From Octopus sinensis (Eukaryota), in assembly GCF_006345805.1 (NCBI RefSeq), contig NC_043000.1, positions 83,080,001 through 83,144,000 of the forward strand: DNA of 64,000 nt, written 5' to 3'. This document shows positions 51,358 to 63,396 of the stretch, piece after piece. Within the stretch, counting starts at the first letter, position 1; the number at the start of each line of letters is the position of its first letter. The notes beneath the pieces were generated by a model. That model made no database searches and had not been told where the DNA came from. It saw only the letters and a program-made list of their open reading frames with translations. A program made the position numbers and the translations under genes.

Positions 51358-53580
51358 TCATCATCATCATCATCGTTTAACGTCCATTTTCCGCGCTAGC
51401 ACAGGTTGGACGGTTTGACCGGGGTCTGGGAAGCCAGGAGGCTGCACCAGGCTCCAGTCTGATCTGGCAGAGTTTCTACAGCTGGATGCCCTTCCTAACG
51501 CCAACCACTCCGCGAGTGTAGTGGGTGCTTTTTACGTGCCACCTGCACAGGTGCCAGGTGGGTCTGGCATCAGTCACGATCGGTTCGAGCTTTTAACATG
51601 CCAGCGGCACGGAAGCCAACCAAGGCGGCGCTGGCATCGGCCACGTTCAGATGGTGCTTTTTGGGGGTGCAGGTAATATAGGGAAGCACCAGTGGGGAGG
51701 GTTGGGGTAAGGAGGAACGATGACAGCTAGGGTTGATGCAGGTTCGTAGGAAATAAAACGCAGGACATCACGAGTGGAGGAGGGGACTGGAAGGAGATAG
51801 CCGGTTGAGGCAGTGACAGATTCAATAACAGGAGGAAACATAGGATAGGTGGGGCAGTTGATGAGCTGCGGCGCTAGCTGCTTGTCTTGGTGGTGGTGGG
51901 GGGTAATACACAGTGAAAGCATGTGAGGAGAAGGGGTAGGAGGGAGAGACACACATAATGGTGGTGGGGGAGGGCATATCCGGTGTAGATGGTGTGAACA
52001 GTGAGAACAGTGAGAACAGTGTTCACCGGTATTGGTGGTGGGGGTGGGAGTGGAAAAGGGCGGGCGCACCGCGAATGGTGAAGATCGAATTAAAGGATTG
52101 AAGGTACTTTAGAGAAACGGGCGGGAAATGGCGATGTTTTTTGGGGTAGCATAGAGAAAGAAAAAGGAAAGCAAAGCACGTTGGTGGTATAAGTTCAAAA
52201 CATTTAAACGGTAGGCAAATGTATGTATGTATGAAAAAGAAGGGAGAAATCTTAGCTTGCTTATAGACATCGCTGTGAATCGGAGAAGAAATGATAGGAG
52301 TGGGGAGAGAAGGTGCATATAAATAGATTGACCGGAAGTCTGAGTTTGGGGAAGAAGGAAGTTTGGTTGGGGCTAATAATGGCGATTTTGGGTTTGAAGG
52401 CACCGCGAATGGTGAAGATCGAATTAAAGGATTGAAGGTACTTTAGAGAAACGGGCGGGAAATGGCGATGTTTTTTGGGGTAGCATAGAGAAAGAAAAAG
52501 GAAAGCAAAGCACGTTGGTGGTATATATATATATATATATATATATACATACATACATACATACACATATATAAAATACAAAATGGGACAAGAATGCAAA
52601 ACATCCAGACAACTAGGTGATACAAAAAGGGACAACAAAACATTCAGATAGATGATACAAAGAAAACAAGGACAGGTCATTTGAAGTTTTCTATCTTCAG
52701 TCAAGAACCAGATTATTCTTGCAATTTCAGTTGATTATTCTTGAGATTGCTCCAATCTGGCCGGGATCAAGGAAAAACTAAGCTAAGAGCATTAGATTCC
52801 TTGGAAGAAAGCATAAAATGTATACAAAAACAAGGACGGAAAAAACGGACACTGTTACACTAATAAAAATACAATAAAAATAATAACATCACATAACAAC
52901 AGGTGTCTTTCGACTAAGGACGAATTGAATTAAGCTGGTGCATGTGGAAATGAAACCCTACGGCAGAGATACAAAAATTTCACAAACACAAGGAAGAATA
53001 TCGATTGCATGTACAATGGTCAGACCCAGAAAGAAAGAGCGAGCAGTCTGGCTGATTGGTCACAGGAGAAGAGAAGAGAGAGAAGTAGAAGCAGAGGGAC
53101 AGAAGAATTGAGGAGGGGGAAAAAAAGAGAGAGAAGTAGAAACAGAGGGACAGAAGAATTAAGGAGGGTTAAGAAAAAATGACAGGGACACAGTGAAGTG
53201 AAAAGTGGAGGGAAAGTGAGTAAGAAGAGAAGGCAAAGCAATGTGAGAGAGGGGGAATGAAAGAACGAAAAGTGGAATGAACGAATAAGCATGAAAAGGT
53301 TGATAGCAATAGAATTATACAAGATTTTGTAAAATGTGTACTTACATATAAGAGAACAAAGTGTACATATGCCGCTATATATATATATATAGACACCATG
53401 ATAGATCATTAGCCACTACACACATTTTTTTCTCTCCTTGTTTTTTCTGTGTACCTTTCTCTAGAAGAGCGTAGGTTTGAAACGTAAAAGAGTTTTTCTA
53501 TTCCTGAGTGCTATACTAATACATCTGTTTGTTTTGTACACAACCTGTCTTCATCTTTTGTTTATTTTCGTAAACTTTCC

Positions 53581-53624
<44 letters not shown>

Positions 53625-54506
53625 CCTTGGGTTTGTGTCTATGTTTTCGTTTCTCATTGTGTTCGACGTTTTTTTGGTGTCCTGTACTCATATATGCATG
53701 TATATATACATGTAGAGGTAGGTACGTACATATATGTATATATATATGCATATGTTTTATTTATTAATATATTATATGACGGAATGCATGCATCCCTTTC
53801 TAAGTAAGATTGTTCTTGATATTAATTTTGATGCGCACTCTTAACCTTTCTGTCCCCTCCCTTTCTCAGCCTTCATTCTTTGATTTCCTTTTCTTCCACT
53901 TAACTGTCTCTCCCTCTCTCTCATTCTTCACTCTCTCTCTCTCCCTCTCTCTCATTCTTCATTCTTTCTGGTTTCCTCACAACCATTCCCCTTTCTTCTC
54001 TCCCTTTCTCTTACTCCTCCTCCTCCCTCCCGCCGTTAACCCGCGCCGGGAGCCTTGCCACCTTCTTTCTCACCCGACCTTCTTGAGGTGTGGACGGCAA
54101 TTTTCTTTGCCCCCTTCGCCGTCCACAGAAATAGCGTTCGTAATACTTTATTTCGTTCGGCTTAACAGCCCTTCTTGTCTTGTTATTTTCCTTATCCTGT
54201 CTTTTACTGCTTATATTTTGTACTGTCGTTACTGTCCTGTTTTTGTTACCATTTTTACCCCTCTGCAAAAAGATCTCAAATTTTATTTGATTTGCTTTTC
54301 GCAGGAAGGAAAGTTTCTATCAAAGATACGTCTTACCTTCACCTTCAAAATGTGGAGTAGATGAAACCATGGCGACTGAAGAAGGGGTTTTTTGCTTGTG
54401 TTATTTGTCCTGTACTCATATATGCGTGCATATATACATGTAGAGGTAGGTACATACATATATGTATATATATATATATGCATATGTTTTATTTATTAAT
54501 ATATAT

Positions 54507-54558
<52 letters not shown>

Positions 54559-54560
<2 letters not shown>

Positions 54561-54960
54561 CGCAGGAGTGGCTGTGTGGTAAGTAGCTTGCTAACCAATC
54601 ACATTGTTCCGGGTTCAGTCCCACTGCGTGGCATCTTGGGCAAGTGTCTTCTGCTATAGCCCCGGGCCGACCAATGCCTTGTGAGTGGATTTGGTAGACG
54701 GAAACTGAAAGAAGCCTGTCGTATATATGTATATATATATATGTGTGTATGTGTTTGTGTGTCTGTATTTGTCCCCCTAGCATTGCTTGACAACCGATGC
54801 TGGTGTGTTTACGTCCCCGTCACTTTGCGGTTCGGCAAAAGAGACCGATAGAATAAGTACTGGGCTTACAAAGAATAAGTCCTGGGGTCGATTTGCTCGA
54901 CTAAAAAAAAAGGCGGTGCTCCAGCATGGCCGCAGTCAAATGACTGAAACAAGTAAAAGA
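54559..54960 (+). mobile_element. tRNA-derived SINE, family 2, full-length
   Basis: A-box-like TGGCTGTGTGG and B-box-like GGGTTCAGTCCC, internal (TA)/(TG) tract, (TA)n on both flanks. Partial copies at ~2325-2520 (-), 60000-60145 and 62300-62520. Confidence 0.9.
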
Positions 54961-55184
54961 GAGATATATATATATATAAAATACAAAATCTGACAAGAAT
55001 GCAAAACATCTGGACAACTAGGTGATACAAAAAGGGACAACAAAACATCAAGATACATGATACAAAGTAAACAAGGACAGGTCATTCGGGAAATGGTAAG
55101 ACAACAAAAGAATGAAAGAGACCATGATATTATGTAAATAGAGGAATTTATCTGTAAATATAATATGTGACATTTATTCGGTAG

Positions 55185-55251
55185 CCACGATAAAACTCCG
55201 AGTTTCGGATGTCAGGGTGGAAACCTACGCCGGCATCTCTTCAGTTATTGG
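55185..55251 (-). ncRNA. Type I hammerhead ribozyme motif (PLE-type, palindromic helix III)
   Basis: CCAATAA-CTGAAGA-G(ATG...CATC)C-GAAA-CTC-G-GAGT-T-TTATCGTGG. All core nucleotides are present; helix I has 4 bp, helix III has 4 bp with a 1-nt loop; cleavage triplet GUU. Confidence 0.7.
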
Positions 55252-55599
55252 ACCATCAAAAAAATGCTATGAAAATGACTGTTAAACAAAGTGAAATTAC
55301 TGTATGATTGACCATTATTAAGACAAAAGAGCTATTAGAATGACCGCATAAAGGTAAGGAAGTAAAAATGTTCATAGCAATTGCGTAAGCACGCATGTCC
55401 ATGCATGCACATGCGTGCCCACACACCAACGTACATGTGCCTATATGTATATACTCATCCACCCTCACTTGAAACACACACATATGCGCACCCACACATT
55501 TGCCAAAAGAAAAATGTATATATACATACACACTCCAAGAGTGTGTGTGTGTGTGTATATATATATGTATGTATATATATACTAGCAGTATCACCTGGT

Positions 55600-56960
55600 G
55601 TTGCTGGGTTTGTTTTGACCCTTTAGAATTGGAATTTTTGAAAAGTAAAAAATTTGCATTATGCAACTTGTTATTCTCTTCAATTGAACATTTTTCCAGT
55701 TGAAATACACCGATAAATGGTGACACAGCAGTCAAAAATCGTAAAAAATAGGGATTTTCATAGAAAAAAAGCACCTTTTTGAAGTAAATAATTTTTGGTG
55801 TTAACATGGTCCGATTTGAATTTTATCTTCTACAGAATGAAAAGCAAGCCTTCTTCTATCATACTCTCAATTTTTGTCAAGTTGCGCTGCAGGGTCTTGA
55901 AGGAGATAGTGTTAGTTGAAGGCTACCAAACCTGCCACACACAGACAACTTCAGCTTTATATATATATATTTCTTTACTACCCACAAGGGGCTAAACACA
56001 GAGAGGACAAACAAACGGATTAAGTCGATTATATCGACCCCAGTGCGTAACTGGTACTTATTTAATCGACCCCGAAAGGATGAAAGGTAAAGTTGACCTC
56101 GGCGGAATTTGAACTCACAACGTAGCAGCAGACGAAATACGGCTACGCATTTCGCCTGGCGTGCTAACGTCTCTGCCAGCTCGCCGCCTTTTCCAGCTTG
56201 CCTTATATATATAGATTTGCTACACACTACTTTCCATCCTTAATAATGAAACTTGGTAGATCCAAAAGTTAAACGCTCACACACACACACAGATACACAC
56301 ACAGACACACAAGTTGAGTTTTATATATATAGATTTCTCACCGGGGATTTTAGGGGAGAGTTTCAGGGAGTCGCTGGCGATGTATCGTGATGATCAAAAA
56401 TCCGGCCTGCTAAAATTTGGTTAAAGTGATTCAAACTGCAGACTCAACACAAAATGGTCACATTTAATTCAAAGCGTTAAAAATGTTATGAAAACAATTG
56501 GTATGTGTTCACAAAGTCCAAATGATTAATACGAAAAAACCCTCCAGGCTACATCCCGAAAATTCATTTCTTTGCCGAATTTCTACAATGTTTACAGCGA
56601 TTCGTTTTTATATCTTGATTTTTTATTTTTCATGCAATTTACGCATGCTTGCACGTGTGGTGAACACAGTTCAAGTCAAACAGCTGACTGAGTAAAGTTC
56701 ACTATTCAATGCATGGGATAAGGCCTAAACAAACACATTATCGATTTTTGCACTTGCGAGATGAATTTTGGAACAGAAATAGCGCAGTTCAATTTTCATT
56801 CGCCTAAACTTTAAGTGACCCATTTTTGGTGGTTCTACGATTTGTTGGCTAGGAGGAGATGTGCCGGGAAGTTAAACACACAGACACACACACAGACACA
56901 GACACAGACACAGGCACAGACACAGACACACAAGTTGAGTTTTATATATATAAATATATA
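55600..56960 (+). mobile_element. Putative Helentron/HINE-like non-autonomous elements, three stacked ends
   Basis: Three ends of the form (CA)n-AG(C/T)TTTATATATATA(GAT) at ~55970, ~56335 and ~56952. The class assignment is inferred from the terminal motif only. Confidence 0.45.
55970..56188 (-). mobile_element. tRNA-derived SINE, family 3
   Basis: GGCGGCGAGCTGGCAGA head, GAGTTCAAATTCC B box and a TTTCATCCTTTCGGGGTCGAT body. Fragments at ~18920-19020, 19720-19880, 34620-34685, 42870-42965, 62890-63010 and 63640-63790. Confidence 0.85.
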
Positions 56961-57846
56961 TATACAGAGAGAGAGAGAGAGAGAAATGAAGAGAGAAAGA
57001 GGGACAGACAGAGAGACTAAGAGACATGTGTGTGTTTGGTACACATCTATCAATCTCTCTCTCTCTCTCTGAATTTGTTGACAAACTTTTTTCATTTACT
57101 TTTTTTGTTTCTTTTATTTTTTCCCTTGTCTAGCTTGAAATTTTCAGTTAACATTTTAACCAAAGTAAATAGATGGTTCATCTATGTAGTTTGATCTTAA
57201 TATAGGGCCCCTCAACTGCAAATGCCCCCTGTGACCACATGGGTTGCAAGGGCTTGCAATGGCCCAGGATGGGCCTCACGAAGGTAAGGTGGCTGAATTC
57301 CTTTCAAGCGTTGGGCCTCATGGAGGCAAAGTGGCTCAGTTCCTTTCGAGTGTTGAGCCTCATGGAGGCAATGACCAAGACCTTTTGTATAATGTTGTGC
57401 TTGAGAAGAAGACCCATCAAGCCGGTCACACAAGTTGGCACCTGTGCTGGTAACATGTAAACACACCCCAGTGACATGCAAGTGGCACATAAAAACATCC
57501 ATTACACTCTCAGAGTGGTTAGTGTTAGGAATGGCATCCAGCTGCAGAAAACCATACCACTTCAGACTGGAGTCTGGTGTAGCCTTCCAGCATGCCACCT
57601 CAATCAAACCATCTAACCCATGCCAGCATGGACAATGGACGTTAAATGATGATGATGATGATAATGTCATATTTTATATCCAGTAAATTTCACATTATTC
57701 AAATGCATTTTGTGCTTATACAGCTTCAATGTTTGATTTTGTATATTTATGTACATAGGAACTTTTATGGATTTCGATATAACATTAAAGATGTCATTTA
57801 TAATATATTACATCAAAACATTTGTTAATGCAAAATTTATTCTTAC

Positions 57847-58029
57847 CTGACACAGAAATACGTATGTTAAAGGTATAGATAATGAGCTGGACACAAGAAT
57901 TGGTGTAGTGCTCTCTCCAATATTATCTCCAATTAGTTTACCGTCACTAGTGTAAGCACCCAATGCAAAAACATACTGTTGGTTAGTTTTCATACCAGTC
58001 ACTATAATTTCTTTGTAGCTTGCAGGTAC
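57847..58029 (-). CDS. CFAP54: CFAP54-like exon, phase 0-0
   Basis: Acceptor tttcatgcag, donor gtaaga; 183 nt, VPASYKEIIVTGMKTNQQYVFALGAYTSDGKLIGDNIGESTTPILVSSSLSIPLTYVFLCQ. Most recognisable CFAP54 block (cf. YIFAVAAYSSNGKLVGGAIGETTKPIL). Confidence 0.93.
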
Positions 58030-58932
58030 CTGCATGAAATAGAGTAATTTATTTCAAACAATAAATCTAATAAAATCCCCAAAGCATTTGTATTATTATC
58101 TGTTCCAACACATAGGTTCACATGAAGAATCTTGCAAACCAAAACCAATATATCATGACAATTAGTTTTCAATTAGTTCTAAAAACATAATCAATAGTCA
58201 AAACTTTATTTAGAAAATGACTATTGAATGCAAATTGTGTTTGAGCATTAGCTCATTTATATTTCTACTTCTATGTTAGCATGGTTTACAATAATCCCAC
58301 TCCTGTTTTATGATATAAGTAAGACCCAATATTTTCATGCCTGTTTTAACTATTCCATTCCACATTTCCTTGTTACATTTGTAATATCGTTCCTTCTGCC
58401 CCATGCCATTTCTATACCCAGGATCCAGATAACATTCCGTTATTAGTACAGTTGTGTTTCTTACATATAATATCCCATGCCTTAGACGTTCAGTCAGTTG
58501 CTCAGCCTTTTCTTTGTATATTTCTATCATTCTGCAGTAATAACCTCTTATTTCCCATCACCCTCATCCTATATTGTACCATTCATTTTCATGACTTTCT
58601 TTCACAATCACTTTTACACTTCTTGCTTTGTACTTATTCTCAGCTACTTTATTTTTCAACATCACAAAGGTTACAACAAACACAAAATAAATACTCTAAG
58701 CAGGTGATACAATAAACACATCTTGCCTCCACTGTTATACAAGCTGTCTAGAAGGAAATCCAGCTGTAAAATATAAGGTTAAATGTATCAAGAAATGTGA
58801 TCCTTCCTATATGCTACATTTGTATCCCACATCAGATATTTTTCAACAGTTTTCATTCTGTTTATTAAACAATAAAATACGATAAACTCAAAAGTTTAAT
58901 CAAAATTTCAAATAGATAGTAAAAAATATTAC

Positions 58933-59025
58933 TAAGTTTCCTGTTCCAGGTACTGGAGTATCATTTAATCTGACTTTATTATAGCTGGTTGTTATAATTT
59001 GAGCAAACAGCCGATACCAGCACAC
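58933..59025 (-). CDS. CFAP54: CFAP54-like exon, phase 0-0
   Basis: Acceptor atatttcag, donor gtaata; 93 nt, VCWYRLFAQIITTSYNKVRLNDTPVPGTGNL (cf. recalled VSWYCILG...YGKVRLNN). Absent from the ORF track. Confidence 0.9.
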
Positions 59026-59235
59026 CTGAAATATAGATTAAAAAAAGGATGTTTAATTCTTGAAAAATAGAAAGATAATGGTAACTAATATTTAAATCTG
59101 TGGACAAAACTGAAAGAAAAAGTGACAAATGTATTGACTGAAGTTGAATGTTTAGTTAAAAATCCTTTGAAGACTCAACAAATAATATTTTTTGGCATCT
59201 ATTCTGCAGATGATGATGACGACAACGGCGATGAC

Positions 59236-59269
<34 letters not shown>

Positions 59270-60639
59270 GTGATGTACCAGGCTCCATTGTCTGTCCTGT
59301 CACGGTTTCTACTGCTGGATACCCTTCCTAGTGTCAACCAACAAACAGAGTTTACTAGGTGCTTTTTATGTGGTACCAGCACCTGTGCTTTTAACATGGC
59401 ACTGGCATGAGTGCTTTTTATGTGGCACCGGTATCAATTCTGCTGTGTCAGATAGGCCTTCTTGAGTACAGCAATGCGCAAGATATCTTGACCCTTAGTC
59501 ATCTCCTTCATAAGGCTCAGTATCTTGAGATCAGCCTTCATATTCATATTAAATAATCTTTTATTATATATTTAATTTTTATGTAGCAATATCAATCAAA
59601 ATTATAAAGAACAGTTTAATATTTTTTTGAATCACAGAGTTATTCACAGGGTTAGTGCTAATCTGGGCTGATATGGTATTAAATGGATGCGAGAGAAATA
59701 TCTATCAGAATAACACATTGGTCAATCTCATATAGTTTTCCACATAAGAAGAATTTAACTGAGCTCTGTAGCAGCTAACAATGGCTCCACTGTCTACTAT
59801 CAGCTGCAGGACTTAAATATAGCTAGACAGACTTGGTTAATTACTGTTAGTTTTCTTGAGTACAGAAAAAAACTCAATAGTAGTGACGGTATGGGAAATG
59901 CTGAATCTCTCGGTTATGACTGGTTATTCAGGACTCTACCCATTAAGTCATTGCTGATCCCTCAGGCAAAATCAAAATAATATTTACAAAAGATAAAGAT
60001 AGGTGCCAGCGTAGCTGTATGGTAATAAGTTTACTTCCTTACCACATGATTTTGGGTTCAAACATGTGTCTTCTACTATAGCTGCAGGCCAATCAAGGTC
60101 CTGTGAGTGAATTTGGTAGACAGAAAGTGAAAGAAGCCCATCATATATATATATATATATATATACATCATCATCATCATTTAATGTCCATTTTCCATGC
60201 TGGCATGGGTTGGACGGTTCAACTGGGGTCTGGGAAGCCAGGTGACAGCTGCAGACTCCAATCTGATCTGGCAATGTTTCTACAGCTGGATGCCCTTCCT
60301 AATGCCAACCACTCTGAGAGTGTAGTGGGTGCTTTTTACATGCCACCGGCACAGGGACCAGAGGGGATGGCATCGACCACATTTGGATGGTGCTTCTTTT
60401 TTGTGCCACCAGCACAGGAGCCAGTCAAGGCAGCACTGACATTGGCCACATTCGGATGGTGCTTTTTATGTGCCACCGGCATCACCCAAAACTACAATTT
60501 CTATTTGATTGTGGTTTGATTTGATTTTGATGTTGATGTACTTGACTCAATAGATCTCAAGCACGGCATGTCACCCTATGATCAAAAGATACTTTTTTGA
60601 GTGGGCTAGTTATGCGTCACTGGTGTAGGCTACAGCTGT

Positions 60640-62055
60640 GATCTCACTTTATTTGCTGGGTCTTTTCAATCACAGCATATCTCTAGAGGTCTCGGTCTTT
60701 CATCATTGCCTCTGTGAGGCCCAACATTTGAAAGGTCATGCTTCACCACCTCATCTTATATGTTCCTGGGTCTCCCTCTACCACAAGTTCCTTCCACTGT
60801 TTGGGAGTGGCACTTCTTCACACAACTCTTCTCATCCATCCATAGTACATGACTATACCAGTGCAGACGTCTCTCTTGCATGCCACATCTGATGCTTCTT
60901 ATGTCCAACATTTCTTTCAGAGCACTTACACTCTGTTGTGTGTGCACACTGACATTACACATCCAGCGGATCATGCTAGCTTCATATTTTTTAGGCCTAC
61001 ACATGTCTTCAGCAGTCACAGCCCATGTTTCACTGCTGTGAAGCATGACAGTTCACACACATGCATCGTACAATCTACCTTTCACTCTGAGTGAGAGGCC
61101 CTTTGTCACCAGTTAGCGTAGAAGCTTTCTAAACTTTGCCCAGGATATTTTTATTCTAGTGGTAACACTCTCTGAGCATCCACCCCCACTACAGACTTGG
61201 TCACCTAGGTAGCTGTCCTCATCCATACACAACACATGACTCTACCAGCACACCACATCTGACGCTTGCACACCACATCTGACGCTTGCACACCACATCT
61301 GATGCTTGCACACCACATCTGATGCTTCTTATGTCCAACTTTTCTCTCAGGGTGCTTATGCATTGTCATGTATGCACACTGACATTACACATCCAGTGGA
61401 GCATACTAGCTTCACTCCTTGCAATCTTACGCATGTGCTCAGCAGTCACATCCCATGCCCATGTTTCACTGCCATGTAGCATGGCTGTTCACACACATGC
61501 ATCATACAGTCTACCTTTTAATCTGAGCAAGAGGCCCTTTGTCACCAGCAAAAGTAGGAGCACTCTGAAATTTGCCCAGGCTATTGTTATTCTAGCAGTT
61601 ACACCCTCAGAGCATCAACCCCCACTACTGACTTGGTTACCTAGGTAACAGAAGCTATCAACTACTTCTAGTTTTTATCCCCTGGCATGTGACAGAAGCT
61701 GTTTTCTGCACATCTTCAGTGTTTATTGCCCCTGAGCAATTGCCACACACAAAAACTATCTTTCCAGTTAACCTTCCTTTGATATTGCTGCACCTCTTAT
61801 GTGTCCATAGCTTACACTGGGTACATCTTATGGAGTTTCTACCTACGCCTTTTCTACAGATTGAGCAGGGCCATCTACCTGAAGGGATTTGTGATTTGTT
61901 TACCTTCCTACTTAGTAACACTTTGGTTTTTGCTAGGTTGACTCTAAGGCCCTTCGATTCTAAACCTTGCTTCCACACCTGAAATTTGTTCTCTAGTTCT
62001 GGTAGTGATTCTGCTATGAGGGCCAAGTCATCAGCATAGAGGAACTTCCCGGGGC
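60640..62055 (-). mobile_element. Two adjacent RTE resident-family fragments
   Basis: 61210-62055 starts at YADDLALI and includes the Cys-rich finger. 60640-61210 repeats the YLGDQV...WDEVV part and continues into the tail at 60167-60640. Confidence 0.9.
61251..61327. repeat. 20-bp minisatellite, about 4 copies
   Basis: CACCACATCTGA(C/T)GCTTGCA repeated within an RTE fragment. Confidence 0.92.
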
Positions 62056-62551
62056 AACAAGAAAATGAGATGACAAAGGAGAAAAAATGTTATGTAGTGA
62101 ACTTTGATGTTTTTTTGTAACTGCTTCTTATCTTTGTCATCTCATTTTCTTATTACAGCTCTGCACTCATCTAATGCTTCATTCTGAAGGCTATGTATAT
62201 TGACTTCTACATCAGGTTTTTAGTCTCACAATGCCAAAAAAAATGTGTGTGTGTGTGTGTGTGTGGTGCGTGCGTGTGTGTGTGGTGCGTGCGTGTGTGT
62301 GTGGTGCGTGCGTGTGTGCACATGTCTTTGTCCCCCACAACTGCTTGACAACCAGTGCTGGTGTGTTTAGGTCCCCATAACTTAGTGGTTCACCAAAAGA
62401 AACTGACAGGATAAGTACCAGGCTTTTAAAACAATGAAGTACTGAAGTCAATTCATTCGAATAAAATTTTTTCAAGGCAGTGCCCTAGTATGGCCACAGT
62501 CTAATGACTGAAACAAGTAAAAAAATAGAAGAGAAAAGATAGATATTATAC

Positions 62552-62746
62552 CTTCTCACCAGAAGATGGTTTGAATTTGGTAGGTTTAAATGCCATTGCT
62601 GATGGTGACCGCCATAAAAGAATGGGAGGCAATGGCACGTTCCTCTCTGGTACAGTGGGTTCCTTATCAAGCATACAGACACTGTTGTTAACTTCATACA
62701 TTTTGGACTCTTCTTTCTGGAACTTTATTAAAGAATCCAAAGATTT
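62552..62746 (-). CDS. CFAP54: CFAP54-like exon (first in window), phase 0-0
   Basis: Acceptor ttactttcag, donor gtataa; 195 nt encoding KSLDSLIKF...VPLPPILLWRSPSAMAFKPTKFKPSSGEK. The PPILL-R...KP motif matches my recollection of vertebrate CFAP54 (PPPILLSRTHCSVTLKP). Confidence 0.88.
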
Positions 62747-63152
62747 CTGAAAGTAATAATGAAAAGAAAGGTTGTTTTAATTATTAAAAGATAAGTTGTG
62801 AGTTCATTAGTAATATAACTAAATCTCAGTAATGGGGTATCTATATTGGAAGATGGAGTAAAAAGCAAATGACAGTGTTTTAACAGGTGTCAAATATAGT
62901 AAACTGCAAACCCGAATGCCTTATACTATTTTGTCTCTCCATCTACATTCTGAGTTCAAATCCTGCTGGAATTAACTTTATCTTTCATCCTGCAGAGACC
63001 AACAAAAGTATACTGGAACAAGAAATGGTTATCAAAACCTATGATAATGATTTATGAGATTAAAACCATCGCTTTTAGAAATTAAACATATTTTTAATAT
63101 TCATATTAATAATGTGTTTCACTGGTTTTGATCTTTGACTATCATCAACTTT

Positions 63153-63396
63153 CTTATTCCTAGATATACGCATAGTAAGGGACTGGACTTCTGTCCAGTC
63201 TGGAACTATGTACATATCTAGGAATAAGACAGCTGATGACAATTTGAAGATCAAATTGGTCAAAAATTTAAAGCAAATATTCCAAAATGTTTTATCTCTG
63301 AAGTTAATAAACTGAAAAAGTATAAACTTATTAACATCAACTAACCCCAGATTTGACAGAAGTCCAGTCCTTTACTATGCACATATCTAGGAATAA
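63153..63396. repeat. Palindromic / inverted-repeat element
   Basis: 76-nt hairpin at 63153-63228, plus a 42-nt inverted copy at 63355-63396 that matches 63154-63195 at 39/42. Confidence 0.8.

Larger units (their letters stand above)
51665..55260. mobile_element. Cluster of probable Penelope-like element remnants
   Basis: Perfect 126-bp direct repeat (52066-52191 / 52400-52525); paired repeats 52560-52690 / 54965-55090 and ~53665-53770 / 54395-54500; hammerhead-like motifs at 53455 and 55185. No RT was recognised, so the assignment rests on structure. Confidence 0.5.

Noticed and set aside
54370-54400. CTGAAGA hammerhead half; also CTGAAGA-TA-GAAA at ~52690 (-)
   Set aside because: The first has no GAAA or helix III downstream, and the second lacks a valid helix III and NUH triplet.
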